64,000 nt of DNA. Origin: an uncultured Chitinophagaceae bacterium (lineage in GTDB: Bacteria; Bacteroidota; Bacteroidia; Chitinophagales; Chitinophagaceae). Both the position numbers and the translations under genes were made by a program. Below the pieces are notes generated by a model. That model had not been told where the DNA came from and ran no database searches. It saw only the letters and a program-made list of their open reading frames with translations. Shown here piece by piece: positions 18,646 through 30,315 of the stretch (position 1 is its first letter; each line of letters starts with the position of its first letter). The stretch is from the NCBI GenBank assembly GCA_963708205.1, contig OY970196.1:2388242-2452241 (forward strand). The letters run 5' to 3'.

Positions 18646-19662
18646 ATGATCGATTTGCGTAGCGATACCGTAACCCAACCTACGAAAGAAATGCGTGAAG
18701 CAATGTTTCACGCTAAACTTGGCGATGATGTTTTTAGCGAAGACCCAACAATAAATACACTCGAAAATAAGGCTGCTGCTATGTTTGAAATGGAAGCGGC
18801 AATTTTTTGTCCAAGCGGCACTATGACAAATCAGATTGCAATTAAATGCCACACGCAGCCCGGCGACGAGGTTATCTGCGAAAAATTATCCCACATTTAT
18901 CAATACGAAGGCGGCGGCATTGCATTCAATTCAGGATGTTCCGTAAAGTTGATCGAAGGAAATTATGGAAGAATAACTGCAGCGCAGGTTTTGGAAAACA
19001 TCAATAACAAAAATGATGTTCACAAGGCTTATTCATCTTTGGTTTCACTCGAAAATACTGCCAATCGCGGCGGCGGAAGTTGTTATGATCGTGAGGAAAT
19101 AAAAAAGATAAGAAAGGTATGTGATGAAAATAATTTAAAGCTGCATCTTGATGGCGCACGATTGTTTAATGCACTTATTGCGCATGACGAAAAAGCAGCG
19201 GATTACGGAAAGATATTTGATAGTATTTCCGTTTGTTTAAGCAAAGGTTTGGCCGCGCCTGTAGGAAGTTTATTACTTGGGAAAAAAGATTTTATATTAA
19301 AAGCAAGAAGAGTAAGAAAGGTCTTTGGTGGTGGAATGAGACAGGCTGGAGTGCTTGCTGCTGCTGGTATTTTTGCATTAGATAATAATATTGAAAGATT
19401 AAAGGAAGATCATTTACATGCAAAAATGTTGGAAAGCGCTTTGGCGAAGAAAGAATTTGTAAAAGAGATTTTTCCGGTTGAAACAAACATCGTCATTTTT
19501 AATGTGCATGATTGGTTTGATACAAAAGATTTTATTCAGCAACTAAAGGAAAAACATATTCTTGCAATTGCGTTAGCACCTTACCAGGTCAGGTTTGTAA
19601 CGCATCTTGATGTTAACACAGATATGATAAATGAAGCAATTGAAGAGATCAATAATATTTAA
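18646..19662 (+). CDS. ltaE: Low-specificity L-threonine aldolase
   Basis: [13 protein letters not shown]...GTMTNQIA...[14 protein letters not shown], with the PLP lysine present. Confidence 0.9.
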   Translation: MIDLRSDTVTQPTKEMREAMFHAKLGDDVFSEDPTINTLENKAAAMFEMEAAIFCPSGTMTNQIAIKCHTQPGDEVICEKLSHIYQYEGGGIAFNSGCSVKLIEGNYGRITAAQVLENINNKNDVHKAYSSLVSLENTANRGGGSCYDREEIKKIRKVCDENNLKLHLDGARLFNALIAHDEKAADYGKIFDSISVCLSKGLAAPVGSLLLGKKDFILKARRVRKVFGGGMRQAGVLAAAGIFALDNNIERLKEDHLHAKMLESALAKKEFVKEIFPVETNIVIFNVHDWFDTKDFIQQLKEKHILAIALAPYQVRFVTHLDVNTDMINEAIEEINNI

Positions 19663-19681
19663 TTATAAATTGTAGAACAGC

Positions 19682-21337
19682 ATGTTTCCAAAAGTTAATC
19701 CCACAAATACACAAGCGTGGCTTCTTTTAAAAAAGCATTTTGAAGAAGAGATGCAGCGTATGCAAATGCGCACTCTTTTTAAGAATGATGAAAAAAGATT
19801 TGAAAGATTTTCCCTACGTTTCGAAAATATTTTATTTGATTATTCTAAGAATATCATCAATCAAAAAACAGTTCAATTGTTGCTGCAGCTTGCTGACGAG
19901 TGCAAACTGCGCGAAGGAATTGATGCTATGTTTAGCGGTGAAAAAATCAACGAAACGGAAGGTCGTTCTGTCTTGCATACTGCATTAAGAAATTTTTCAG
20001 GTAAACCCGTGATGAGTGATGGTAAAGATGTAATGCCTGATGTACAAAGGGTTTTAGCACACATGAAGAAATTTTGTGAAGCGATACATAGTGGAAATTG
20101 GAGAGGTTTTACCGGCAAGAAAATAAAATATATTGTGAACATAGGTATTGGCGGAAGCGATCTCGGACCTTCAATGGTAACTGAAGCTTTAAAACCTTAC
20201 TGGCTTGATGGAATGCAACCGTATTTTGTCAGCAATATTGACGGAACACACATTGCAGAAACCTTGAGAAAAATAACACCTGATGAAACATTATTCTTAG
20301 TTGCTTCCAAAACATTTACTACGCAGGAAACCATGACAAATGCGCAAACTGCACGCGAATGGTTCTTGAGTTTTGCAAAGGATGAAAAATATATTGCATC
20401 ACATTTTGCTGCGTTAAGCACTAATACAGAAGCAGTGCAAAAGTTCGGCATCGATCCTGCAAACATGTTTGAATTTTGGGATTGGGTTGGTGGCCGCTAT
20501 TCTTTATGGAGTGCGATTGGGTTATCCATTGCATTGAGTATTGGCTATGATAATTTTGAGCAATTATTGCGCGGTGCTTATGCAGTTGACGAATATTTTA
20601 AGTCTGAAAAATTTGATAAGAATATTCCTGTTATCATGGCGCTTGTTGGCTTATGGTACACGAATTTTTTTGGCACGCAAACCGAAGCCATTCTTCCTTA
20701 TGATCAATACATGCATCGCTTTCCGGCTTATTTTCAGCAGGGAAATATGGAAAGCAATGGCAAACATATTGACAGAAGCGGCAACGATGTTTCTTACAAA
20801 ACCGGACCTGTAATTTGGGGTGAACCGGGCACGAATGGACAACATGCATTTTACCAATTGATTCACCAGGGCACTGTTATTATTCCGTGTGATTTTATTG
20901 CGCCGGCGATCAGCCATAATCCCATTGGTGATCATCATGTAAAATTATTAAGCAATTTTTTTGCACAAACTGAAGCTTTAATGAATGGAAAAAATGAAAA
21001 AGAAGTAACTGAAGAATTGAAATCGATGAATAAAACAACTGCTGAAATAAAAAAGCTTGTTCCCTTCAAAACCTTTGCAGGCAACCGTCCTACGAATTCT
21101 TTTTTATTAAAAGAAATTACGCCATACTCTCTCGGAAGTTTAATTGCTTTTTACGAACATAAAATCTTTGTGCAGGGATTAATTTGGAATATTTTCAGTT
21201 TTGATCAATGGGGTGTTGAGTTAGGAAAACAATTGGCAGGAAGGATTTTACCACAATTAGAAAATAATAATGAAGTAACGGCGCATGATTCTTCAACTAA
21301 TGGATTGATCAATGCGTTTAAAGAAATGAAGAAATGA
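19682..21337 (+). CDS. pgi: Glucose-6-phosphate isomerase
   Basis: 551 aa. Contains [30 protein letters not shown] and [11 protein letters not shown]. Confidence 0.97.
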   Translation: MFPKVNPTNTQAWLLLKKHFEEEMQRMQMRTLFKNDEKRFERFSLRFENILFDYSKNIINQKTVQLLLQLADECKLREGIDAMFSGEKINETEGRSVLHTALRNFSGKPVMSDGKDVMPDVQRVLAHMKKFCEAIHSGNWRGFTGKKIKYIVNIGIGGSDLGPSMVTEALKPYWLDGMQPYFVSNIDGTHIAETLRKITPDETLFLVASKTFTTQETMTNAQTAREWFLSFAKDEKYIASHFAALSTNTEAVQKFGIDPANMFEFWDWVGGRYSLWSAIGLSIALSIGYDNFEQLLRGAYAVDEYFKSEKFDKNIPVIMALVGLWYTNFFGTQTEAILPYDQYMHRFPAYFQQGNMESNGKHIDRSGNDVSYKTGPVIWGEPGTNGQHAFYQLIHQGTVIIPCDFIAPAISHNPIGDHHVKLLSNFFAQTEALMNGKNEKEVTEELKSMNKTTAEIKKLVPFKTFAGNRPTNSFLLKEITPYSLGSLIAFYEHKIFVQGLIWNIFSFDQWGVELGKQLAGRILPQLENNNEVTAHDSSTNGLINAFKEMKK

Positions 21338-21375
21338 CTTTGATAACTGAGGAGAAAATATTTTTAATTTAATGA

Positions 21376-22089
21376 TTAGTTTTTTCTTAGTTGCTGCAAT
21401 AAAGCTTTCAAATCTTTAGGTAAAGGCGCTTCAATAAAAAAATCTTTTTCATTAAATTGAAATTTTAATGAAGCAGCATGCAAGGCAAGTCTTGATAAAA
21501 TAGGTTTTTCATTTTCTTCATTTTTTGATAAGTTATATTTCTTTTTGATCTTTGAAAGATAGACAGGCTCTGCGTTTCCATATAATTCATCACAAACAAT
21601 AGGATTGCCAAGATCCTGCATGTGCACACGAATTTGATGCGTTCTTCCTGTATGAATTTTGAATTTCATCCATGTAAATAATCGAAATTTTTCAACGGTT
21701 TCGTAATCGGTTAACGCAATTTTTCCTTTTGCATGAATCATCATTTTTCCATTTTTTGAAAAATGTTCGGCAATAGGTTCATGTATGCTTCCGCTTTGTT
21801 TTGCAACATTTCCCTGCACTAATCCGAAATAAACTTTCTCAACATTCCTGGTTTCAAAAATTTGAGAAAGTTGTTTATGCGTTGCTTCATTTTTTGCAAA
21901 AATTATTACGCCGCTCGTTCCTTTATCGAGCCGGTGAACAGTAAATATTTCACCATATTTTTCTTTTAAAAAATCTTTTAAAGATGGTTCGCTTTGTATT
22001 CTATCCGGAATGCTTAACATGCCGGCGGGTTTATTCAGTGCAATAAAATTCTCTTCTTCAAAAAGAATATCAACATTTTTTTTTTGCAT
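21376..22089 (-). CDS. RluA-family pseudouridine synthase
   Basis: HRLDKGTSGVIIFAKN catalytic-Asp motif and HQIRVH. Confidence 0.88.
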   Translation of the reverse strand: MQKKNVDILFEEENFIALNKPAGMLSIPDRIQSEPSLKDFLKEKYGEIFTVHRLDKGTSGVIIFAKNEATHKQLSQIFETRNVEKVYFGLVQGNVAKQSGSIHEPIAEHFSKNGKMMIHAKGKIALTDYETVEKFRLFTWMKFKIHTGRTHQIRVHMQDLGNPIVCDELYGNAEPVYLSKIKKKYNLSKNEENEKPILSRLALHAASLKFQFNEKDFFIEAPLPKDLKALLQQLRKN

Positions 22090-22109
22090 CTACAAGAAAA
22101 TATTTTTCA

Positions 22110-23972
22110 TTATTTATTTTCCCAAATATTATCTGCTTCGTCACTATCAGGATCGCGCAAAGCGCCTAAAATTATTTTATTTATTTTTTTATTTGCAGTA
22201 AAAGAAATTGAGGTTGATGAATTTCCATTTTCCCAAACTTCAATGCTTCTATGAATTTTTTGTGTTGTTCCATCTTTGAAATAAATGGTAAGGTCTATTG
22301 GAACAGGTTTACTGCCTTTCGCTGAAACCCTTACTAACCAAGTATTTCCGCTGACTGTTACTTTATCTATTGCTAAATCAGGAACACCGTTATCAAAGAA
22401 CCAGCTTTTCCAAAACCAATTCAAATTTTTTCCAGATCCTTCATTCATGCAATTAAAAAAGTCATAAGGCATTGGATGTTTTCCATGCCATTCATCAATA
22501 TAATGATGCAGCGCTTTTATAAAAAGCGCATCGCCGAGCATGTCTTTTACATAAAAATATCCAAGCGCAGGTTTGGGATAACAATTAAGAAAATAAGTTG
22601 GATCGGAAATTTCTGTGCTTAATGTCATGATAGGCAAATCGATTTCATCACCTGCATATTTACTTGTTTCTTTCGCGCCATAATCATCTACAATTGTGCT
22701 GTCAATCATTGGAGAAATAAGCCACTCTGCCATTGTCGCCCAGCCCTCATCCATCCATCCATATTTTGTTTCGTTGATGCCCATATAAAATGGAAACATT
22801 GTGTGAAAAATTTCATGGTCTGTTAATTCTATTTCGCTTGCTTTTTCATCAAGCGGGTTGTCATTAACCATCATTGGATATTCCATTTGGTCAAGCCCGT
22901 CAAAAATTGTTTCGTGTGGATATGGATATGGATATGCAGGAAAATTATAGCTCATCGCCTTCACAGTTTGTCGCGCATAATCAACCACATTAAAATAATC
23001 TTTATGGTTAGGATTGAACACTGCATCAACCCTTGTTCTTCTTTGCATAGAAGGATCAACTACTAAGCTACTTGCGTACCAAACATAATGATTGCTTGTG
23101 GCAAATACAAAGTCAGTAACATTTTTTGCCTGAAATTTCCAGGTATTTGTTTCGCTTTGCTTAGTTATATTTCCGCGCTGTAAGTCAATGGTATCAATGA
23201 TCTTGGTAATACCATCATTTTGTTCTGCAGCATTTATGCGTTGTGCAATTTCGGGAGCAAGCACTTCATTTGCATTTTGTAAAGTACCTGTTGCGTTTAC
23301 AATATAATTTTCGGGAACTGTGACAGCAACATTAAAATCGCAGAAATCATTATAAAATTCCTGACTGCCGATGTATGGATATTTGTTCCAACCATCTATA
23401 TCATCATATACTGCTATGCGTGGAAAAAAATACGCAATGAAGGCACTACCATCATCAACCATTCCTGTTCTTACATGAGAGGTTTTATTTAAAACATAAG
23501 AAAATGAAACAGTAAATTTTAGTTGCTGTTTAGGAAGAAGGGGTTTAATTTTAGTATGCGCATTTGTTCCTTCAATTATAATATCGTCAGCACTTTTTTC
23601 TTCATCTCCAACTATCATTTTCTCTATTCTCACACCTTCACTGACATCATTACTGCTTATTATCATATCACGGTCAGAACCTTGTTTGTAAAAATTTGGA
23701 TAAAGCTTAAACCAAATTTCTTTTAAGGTATCAGGACTATTATTTGTATAAGTAATTTCTTCAGTTCCAGAAATAATCCTGGTTATTGGTGCGAAGCTGA
23801 TGTTGATATTGTAAGACGCGAAATTTTGCCAATAATTTTTGCCCGGTGCGCCTTCAACTGAGCGTGTATGCTTATTATAAGCATCTTGTATGTTGCGTGC
23901 TACAGGTAAATTTTGCTGTGCAAAAATGAAAGATGAAAGTGAGCAGAGTAAAAGCGAGTATGTTATTTTCAT
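22110..23972 (-). CDS. M1-family zinc metallopeptidase (secreted)
   Basis: HEIFH (HExxH) followed by WMDEGWA. The signal peptide MKITYSLLLCSLSSFIFAQ starts at ATG 23972; the track start 23996 is TTG. Confidence 0.85.
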   Translation of the reverse strand: MKITYSLLLCSLSSFIFAQQNLPVARNIQDAYNKHTRSVEGAPGKNYWQNFASYNINISFAPITRIISGTEEITYTNNSPDTLKEIWFKLYPNFYKQGSDRDMIISSNDVSEGVRIEKMIVGDEEKSADDIIIEGTNAHTKIKPLLPKQQLKFTVSFSYVLNKTSHVRTGMVDDGSAFIAYFFPRIAVYDDIDGWNKYPYIGSQEFYNDFCDFNVAVTVPENYIVNATGTLQNANEVLAPEIAQRINAAEQNDGITKIIDTIDLQRGNITKQSETNTWKFQAKNVTDFVFATSNHYVWYASSLVVDPSMQRRTRVDAVFNPNHKDYFNVVDYARQTVKAMSYNFPAYPYPYPHETIFDGLDQMEYPMMVNDNPLDEKASEIELTDHEIFHTMFPFYMGINETKYGWMDEGWATMAEWLISPMIDSTIVDDYGAKETSKYAGDEIDLPIMTLSTEISDPTYFLNCYPKPALGYFYVKDMLGDALFIKALHHYIDEWHGKHPMPYDFFNCMNEGSGKNLNWFWKSWFFDNGVPDLAIDKVTVSGNTWLVRVSAKGSKPVPIDLTIYFKDGTTQKIHRSIEVWENGNSSTSISFTANKKINKIILGALRDPDSDEADNIWENK

Positions 23973-24158
23973 AAATTTTTTGAAGATGGATTTCAAAGAA
24001 AACCATTTTCGAGAGAAGAAGAAAATAATGTTTTCAAAAAAAATTAAACAAACGTTTGACTAACTTTCTTGCTTTGGCGTTACATTTGCAATTTCATGCT
24101 TAATTTTTTCATGGTAACGTTATCGAAAAATTTGAATGTAGGAATAAGCAGATCGTTT

Positions 24159-25472
24159 ATGGGCAAACTTTTATTTTTCATTGTAAATATTTTTTGTGCT
24201 GTTAGTCTATTTGGGCAAAATAAAAATGATTCATTATTACAAGCTGCATCGCTGCAAAGCTGCATACAGTATGCATTGCAGCATGAGCCTGCCATACAGC
24301 AATCTCTTATTGATGAGCAAATAACCGAGCACCAGATAAGAAGCCAATTGTCTCAGTGGTATCCGCAAATAGATTTTGGTTATTCTTACGAGCATTATTT
24401 TCAATTGCCTTCAACATACTTCGAAGGAAGTTATATTCCTCAGGGTGTAAATAATGTTTCTAATCTTGGATTTTCTGCTACGCAAAATATTTTTAGCAGA
24501 GATGTTTTGCTGGCAAGCCAAACAGCAAATGATGTGCGTCTTCGTGCAAGGCAAACAACATCCAGCAATAAAATAGATGTAACTGTAAATGTTGCCAAAG
24601 CATTTTATGATGTGTTACTGACACAAAAGCAAATTCAATTAACGGATGAAGATATTGTGCGTCTCGAGCGCAGTTTGAAAGACGCTTATAATCAATACCA
24701 GGGCGGCATTGTGGATAAAGTAGATTATAAGCAAGCAACCATTGCATTGAATAATGCAAAGGCTGAAAAAAAACAATATGAAGAAAGTTTGAAAACAAAA
24801 TATGCTGTTCTAAAACAACAAATGGGTTATCCTCCTGAGCATGATCTGCAGCTGCAATATGATAGCCTTGAAATGCAGCGCGAAGCATTTATTGATACTA
24901 ATCAAACTTTCAATATTCAAAACCGGATAGAATACCAATTATTGCAAACGCAAAGAAGCTTGCTTCGCGAAAATTTAAAATACTATAAGTGGGCTTACAT
25001 TCCATCTCTGTCTGCTTTTGGCGATTATAATTTAGGATATATCAATAACCAATTTTCAAAATTATATGGCTCAAGTTTTCCAAACTCTTATGCAGGTTTA
25101 ACCTTAGCATTTCCAATATTTCAGGGTGGAAAGAGAACACAGGATATACGCGTTGCAGAATTGCAATTGCAAAGAACAGATTTTGATATTTTTTCTTTAA
25201 AGCTTGAAATAAATACTGAATACACCGATGCGATGGCAACCTATAAAAGTAATTTGAATGATTACTATTTATTAAAGGATAATCTTGATCTTGCTACTGA
25301 TGTTTATAATACAATACAACTGCAGTATAAAGCAGGAATAAAAACTTATTTGGATGTGATAACTGCTCAAACTGATCTGCGCACATCGGAAGTGAATTAT
25401 ACCAATGCGTTGTATAATGTTTTAAGCAGCAGATTTGATGTGCAAAAAGCATTAGGCACTATTCAGTATTAG
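24159..25472 (+). CDS. TolC-family outer membrane efflux protein
   Basis: Signal peptide from ATG 24159 (MGKLLFFIVNIFCAVSLFGQ). Two repeated helical halves with the typical Y..A......Y..G..T.LDV pattern. First gene of the efflux operon. Confidence 0.85.
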   Translation: MGKLLFFIVNIFCAVSLFGQNKNDSLLQAASLQSCIQYALQHEPAIQQSLIDEQITEHQIRSQLSQWYPQIDFGYSYEHYFQLPSTYFEGSYIPQGVNNVSNLGFSATQNIFSRDVLLASQTANDVRLRARQTTSSNKIDVTVNVAKAFYDVLLTQKQIQLTDEDIVRLERSLKDAYNQYQGGIVDKVDYKQATIALNNAKAEKKQYEESLKTKYAVLKQQMGYPPEHDLQLQYDSLEMQREAFIDTNQTFNIQNRIEYQLLQTQRSLLRENLKYYKWAYIPSLSAFGDYNLGYINNQFSKLYGSSFPNSYAGLTLAFPIFQGGKRTQDIRVAELQLQRTDFDIFSLKLEINTEYTDAMATYKSNLNDYYLLKDNLDLATDVYNTIQLQYKAGIKTYLDVITAQTDLRTSEVNYTNALYNVLSSRFDVQKALGTIQY

Positions 25473-25543
25473 CAATTAAAATTGAAAATTCAGCCTTTAA
25501 TAAAAAATATTTTAGAACCCACAGAGCACATAAAAAGTTTTAT

Positions 25544-26683
25544 ATGTTACAAAAGAGTTTTCAATATTTAATTGCAGTGGTTGTTTTTGCTACATTAACA
25601 TCCTGCGGCAAAAAGACTCCGCCGCCATCAGGACCGCCAAAAATTCCTGTAAATATCGATTCAGTTAAAGAAGGTAGTTCAATTTTTTATGATTTATATC
25701 CTGCCACAATAACTGCCCTAAACCAGGTGGATATCAAGCCGCAGGTTTCAGGTAATATCACAGGTATATTTTTTAAAGATGGCGACCATGTTTACAAAGG
25801 AGAAAAGCTGTACACAATAGATCAACAGCAATACGAAGGCGCAGTAAACCAGGCTGAGGCTGATCTGGAAGTTTCAAAAGCCAACCTTGCCAAAGCGCAA
25901 GAAGATGCTGATCGTTATCAGCAATTAGCATCTCAGGATGCAATTGCAAAGCAAATACTCGATCATGCAGTTGCTGATTTACAAGCTGCAAAAAAACAGG
26001 TTATGGCATCGCAGGCAAATGTGCAATCAGTTTCAGCCAACTTAAAATATACAACTATATATGCACCCTTTGACGGAACAATTGGAATTTCTTTAGTTAA
26101 AGTGGGCACTTCCGTTTATCCTCAAACTTTATTGAATACTGTTTCTACCGACGATCCAATTGCGGCAGACATGAGTGTTGATCAATCTTTAATACCAAAA
26201 TTTACTGAGTTGCTTGAAAAAAGAACAAGTACAGAGGACTCAACTTTTACAGTTACTCTTCCTGATGGTTCTATTTATCCTCATCCCGGTCATATTATTT
26301 TATTGGACCGCGCGGTTGATCCTACAACGGGAACTATTCGGGCAAGAGTTACATTTCCCAATGCACAAAAATTATTAAAAGTAGGTGTTACCTGCAATGT
26401 ACGTGTTGAAAATAAAAGCGGCCCAAATACATTAATGATTCCTTACAAAGCAGTTGTAGAACAGCTGGGCGAATATTTTACTTATTTGGTTAAAGACACT
26501 ATTGCATTGCAAAGAAAAGTGCAATTGGGAGATAAAATAAACGGAATGGTTGTGGTAAAATCAGGACTCGAACCGGGGGACATAATAGTAACAGATGGTG
26601 TTCAAAAATTAAAAGACAGTTCAGTTATACAAGTAGGTCCGCCTAAAGGAATGGCGACAGGAAATGCAGTCAAAAAGCAATAA
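25544..26683 (+). CDS. Efflux RND periplasmic adaptor (membrane fusion protein)
   Basis: Lipoprotein signal LTSCG, biotinyl/lipoyl-like hairpin region, coiled-coil A..DL..AK, and IYAPFDGTIG. Confidence 0.9.
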   Translation: MLQKSFQYLIAVVVFATLTSCGKKTPPPSGPPKIPVNIDSVKEGSSIFYDLYPATITALNQVDIKPQVSGNITGIFFKDGDHVYKGEKLYTIDQQQYEGAVNQAEADLEVSKANLAKAQEDADRYQQLASQDAIAKQILDHAVADLQAAKKQVMASQANVQSVSANLKYTTIYAPFDGTIGISLVKVGTSVYPQTLLNTVSTDDPIAADMSVDQSLIPKFTELLEKRTSTEDSTFTVTLPDGSIYPHPGHIILLDRAVDPTTGTIRARVTFPNAQKLLKVGVTCNVRVENKSGPNTLMIPYKAVVEQLGEYFTYLVKDTIALQRKVQLGDKINGMVVVKSGLEPGDIIVTDGVQKLKDSSVIQVGPPKGMATGNAVKKQ

Positions 26684-26763
26684 TTAATTTTTGAATTTGA
26701 ATAAAAGAAAAGAAAGATGAGTACTCAGCATATAATAATAATGCTGAGTTTAAAAAAGAGATT

Positions 26764-29700
26764 ATGAGTGAAACGTCATCAAATATATTTCTACGGCGAC
26801 CAGTTACGGCTATTGTAATTTCTATAGTAATATTAATGGTAGGAACATTGGCTATCATGAGCATGCCCATTAGCCAATATCCGGATATTACGCCCCCAAC
26901 TGTTCAGATCACCAGCAACTTTACAGGCGCTGATGCGCAGACTGTTGAACAAACAACTACTACAGCGATTGAGACACAAGTGAATGGTGTGCCAGGCATG
27001 ACTTATATGCAAAGCAACAGTTCTAACAACGGTACTTCGCAAATAACTGCCACATTAAATATTGGCGCCAATCCTGATATCGTTGCGCTGGATATTCAAA
27101 ATCGTGTTGGCATTGCCACACCAACTTTACCAACGCAAGTTCAGAAATTAGGCATCACTACATTGAAACGTAACCCCAGTATCTTAATGCTTGTTGCCAT
27201 TTATTCGCCCAAAGGAACGCACAGTATTCCTTTCATGGATAACTATGCAAATATTTATGTACGCGACCAATTGCTCCGTGTACCGGGAGTAGGTGATGTG
27301 TTCAGCCGTGCAGATAATTTCAGTATGCGCATATGGCTTGAAACAGATAAGATGGCGCAGCTTGGACTTACGTATTCCGACATTCAAAATGCTATCAACG
27401 AACAAAACATCCAGGTGGCTGCGGGTTCTACGGGAACGCCGCCGCAAAACTCATCGTCTGCATTTGAGTTTTCCGTTTTTACCAACAGCCGTCTTACTAC
27501 TGAAAAAGATTTTGAAAATATTGTGGTTCGTTCAAATCCGCAGGACAATTCTGTAGTGTATTTAAAAGATGTAGCCCGCGTGCAGCTTGGTAAAGTAAGT
27601 TATACTTCCAATTCATTTGTAGATGGTAAAAGAGCTTCTTATTTATTGGTGTACCAGGCGCCAGGCAGCAATGCACTTTCAACTGCTGAAGGTGTTTATG
27701 CAGCTATGGACAATATGAAAAAATATTTTCCTGCAGATATTGGTTACGTAGTTCCTTTTGAATCTGTAACGGTTGTAAAAGTTTCAATTCATGATGTGGT
27801 AAACACCTTATTGATTGCATTGGGGCTTGTTACACTTGTCGTATTTCTTTTTCTGCAAAACTGGCGTTCCACTTTAATTCCGGTGCTTGCTATTCCTGTT
27901 GCCATTGTGGGAACTTTTATATTTTTTATACCGCTTGGTTTTACTATAAACACTTTAACCATGTTTGGTTTTGTACTGGCAATAGGTATTGTGGTGGATG
28001 ATGCCATTGTTGTGGTTGAAGCTGTGCAGCATTATATTGATACAGAAGGAATTTCTGCAAAAGAAGCGACAGCAAAGGCTTTGAAAGACATTACGGCTCC
28101 GGTAATTGCTATTGCACTAATTCTTGCGGCAGTGTTTGTACCAGTTGGTTTTATTCCCGGAATCGTGGGACGATTATACCAGCAGTTTGCCATTACCATT
28201 GCCATTTCAGTATTGATTTCTGCATTCATCGCGTTGTCTTTAACACCTGCATTATGCAGCCTTTTATTAAAGCCACATCATATTGACGAGAATTCAAAAG
28301 GATTAAACAAGTTTTTTTATAAATTCAATACAGGCTTTGAAAAATTCACCCATAAATATACATCAGGTGTTCAGGGATGGATTAAAAGAGCGCCGCTTGT
28401 AATCATTTTACTTGTCTGCATCTTTATTGCTGACGGAATCTTATTCAAAACAAAACCAACAGGATTTATTCCTACCGAAGATGACGGACGTATTTTGATT
28501 TCTTATGAAATTCCTGAAGCAGGTTCAACAACAAGAAGTTTAACTGCTTTGGATAGCATGATGAAACTCGCGCAAACCGTTCCCGGTGTTCTTCATACTG
28601 CAGCATTGGGAGGTTTGAATTTTTTAACGGGTGGTACAAAATCAAACAGTGGCAGTATTTTCATGCAGTTGAAGCCCTGGGATCAAAGGACAAGTGATTC
28701 AGAAAAAATTGATGGCATTGTTGCAGAATTAAATAAACGCTTTGCTAGAGTTAAGCAGGCAAGAGCCGTGGTTGTAAAGCCGCCGGCAATTCCCGGTTTG
28801 GGCAACGCCGGGGGTTTTAGTGTTCAGATTGAACAAAGACAGTCGAACGACAGTATAAATGTTTTTGCGAAAGTGGTAAGTAATTTTGTTGCTGAACTGA
28901 AGAAGCAACCTGAAATTGATCAGAGTCCGCAGGGTGCTTTTACTTTCTTTTCAGCTGCTACGCCGGGTTATGAAGTTGATGTTGACAGAGATAAAGCGAA
29001 GAAGCTGGGACTTAATCTTGCGGACGTTTACAACACTATGCAGATGTATATGGGCAGCACTTATATTAACCAGCTGACTATTTACGGAAGAAACTTTTAT
29101 GTTGTAGCGCAAGCTGACACTGCTTTCAGAAATGACATTAACAGCATAAAAAGTTATTATGTAAAAAATTCTGCCGGGCAGTTGATACCATTAAGTTCTA
29201 TCATAAGTTATAAGATAACGGAAACTGCTCCATTGATCTCGCACTTTAATATTTATCGAAGTGCAGAAGTTGATGGCAGCGCAAAGGCTGGTTATAGCAG
29301 CGGTCAGGCACTTGAAGCAATAAAACGCGTGGGAGATAAATTGCCTGAAGGTTATGGATATGAATTTTCAGGTTTGAGTTTACAGGAATTAAAATCAGGG
29401 TCAAGCGCTGTTTATATTTTTGCATTATCCATCGTGTTTGTATTCCTCTTCTTAGCCGCATTATATGAAAGCTGGGCTGTGCCATTTTCTGTGTTGCTTG
29501 CTGTGCCGATCGGTATGTTGGGGGCAATACTTGCGCTTATTATTGTATCAAGATTGACGGATAATGTTTATGCACAAATTGGCTTGATTACGTTGATTGG
29601 TCTGTCTGCAAAAAATGCGATTTTAATTGTTGAATTTGCAAAAGAAAGAGTTGATAGGGGAATAGATATTTTAGAAGCAACTCTTGAAGCAGTCAAGTTG

Positions 29701-29967
29701 CGTCTGAGACCGATTTTGATGACATCCATTGCATTCATTTTAGGCGTATTGCCTTTGGCGCTTGCTTCGGGTGCCAGCTCTGTAGCCCGCAACACCATTG
29801 GCTGGACGGTGCTTGGAGGAATGCTTGCTGCAACTGGTTTGGCAATATTTATCGTGCCGGTTTTGTTCTATACGATCTCTAAAATTTCTTATGGAAAAAA
29901 GAAATTAGAACAGTTACATGCGGATGCAGAAGCAAGGCAAAAACCTGTTGTTCCGGATAGTGAATAA
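26764..29967 (+). CDS. Efflux RND permease (AcrB/HAE1 family)
   Basis: 1067 aa. Starts NIFLRRPVTAIV, contains GIVVDDAIVVVE, and has 12 TM segments plus two large periplasmic loops. Confidence 0.96.
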   Translation: MSETSSNIFLRRPVTAIVISIVILMVGTLAIMSMPISQYPDITPPTVQITSNFTGADAQTVEQTTTTAIETQVNGVPGMTYMQSNSSNNGTSQITATLNIGANPDIVALDIQNRVGIATPTLPTQVQKLGITTLKRNPSILMLVAIYSPKGTHSIPFMDNYANIYVRDQLLRVPGVGDVFSRADNFSMRIWLETDKMAQLGLTYSDIQNAINEQNIQVAAGSTGTPPQNSSSAFEFSVFTNSRLTTEKDFENIVVRSNPQDNSVVYLKDVARVQLGKVSYTSNSFVDGKRASYLLVYQAPGSNALSTAEGVYAAMDNMKKYFPADIGYVVPFESVTVVKVSIHDVVNTLLIALGLVTLVVFLFLQNWRSTLIPVLAIPVAIVGTFIFFIPLGFTINTLTMFGFVLAIGIVVDDAIVVVEAVQHYIDTEGISAKEATAKALKDITAPVIAIALILAAVFVPVGFIPGIVGRLYQQFAITIAISVLISAFIALSLTPALCSLLLKPHHIDENSKGLNKFFYKFNTGFEKFTHKYTSGVQGWIKRAPLVIILLVCIFIADGILFKTKPTGFIPTEDDGRILISYEIPEAGSTTRSLTALDSMMKLAQTVPGVLHTAALGGLNFLTGGTKSNSGSIFMQLKPWDQRTSDSEKIDGIVAELNKRFARVKQARAVVVKPPAIPGLGNAGGFSVQIEQRQSNDSINVFAKVVSNFVAELKKQPEIDQSPQGAFTFFSAATPGYEVDVDRDKAKKLGLNLADVYNTMQMYMGSTYINQLTIYGRNFYVVAQADTAFRNDINSIKSYYVKNSAGQLIPLSSIISYKITETAPLISHFNIYRSAEVDGSAKAGYSSGQALEAIKRVGDKLPEGYGYEFSGLSLQELKSGSSAVYIFALSIVFVFLFLAALYESWAVPFSVLLAVPIGMLGAILALIIVSRLTDNVYAQIGLITLIGLSAKNAILIVEFAKERVDRGIDILEATLEAVKLRLRPILMTSIAFILGVLPLALASGASSVARNTIGWTVLGGMLAATGLAIFIVPVLFYTISKISYGKKKLEQLHADAEARQKPVVPDSE

Positions 29968-30315
29968 TTATTTTTTTTCAATTATTATAATAAAATAAGC
30001 GATCAGGCAAACAGCTAAAATCACAATAGTAACAAGTGTGATCCAATGCATGTCAATCTTTCTTTTTCTTTTGTGATATTTTTTTGAAGCAAGGTGTACA
30101 TGAAGATTTTTATTTAATTGCTTTACATAATCATCTAATTTTTTTTCGTGAGAAAAAGATTGTAAACCTTCCACGGCATCATTTACAAAATCAGAATCAA
30201 GCATAGTTTTTTCTATCTTATGATTTTCTTCTTCTGATAACTTTCCTTTCAGATAATTAATAAGTTGTTCATTATTCAACTCATTTTCATTTTGTATATT
30301 TTCTTCATCATTCAT
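29968..30315 (-). CDS. Putative membrane-anchored anti-sigma factor (115 aa)
   Basis: It overlaps the ECF sigma gene stop by 8 nt. Single C-terminal TM (WITLVTIVILAVCLIAYFIIII). The N-terminal YLKGKLSEEE pattern is common in Bacteroidota anti-sigma proteins. Confidence 0.55.
   Translation of the reverse strand: MNDEENIQNENELNNEQLINYLKGKLSEEENHKIEKTMLDSDFVNDAVEGLQSFSHEKKLDDYVKQLNKNLHVHLASKKYHKRKRKIDMHWITLVTIVILAVCLIAYFIIIIEKK

Noticed and set aside
22076-22085. A10 homopolymer in codons 2-5 of the rluA-family gene, a possible slipped-strand phase-variation tract. Similar A/T 9-mers occur at 42984, 53365 and 55626.
   Set aside because: Lys-rich N-termini encoded by AAA runs are common in low-GC genomes. 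The gene is housekeeping and nothing suggests variability. It could only be tested with population sequence data.
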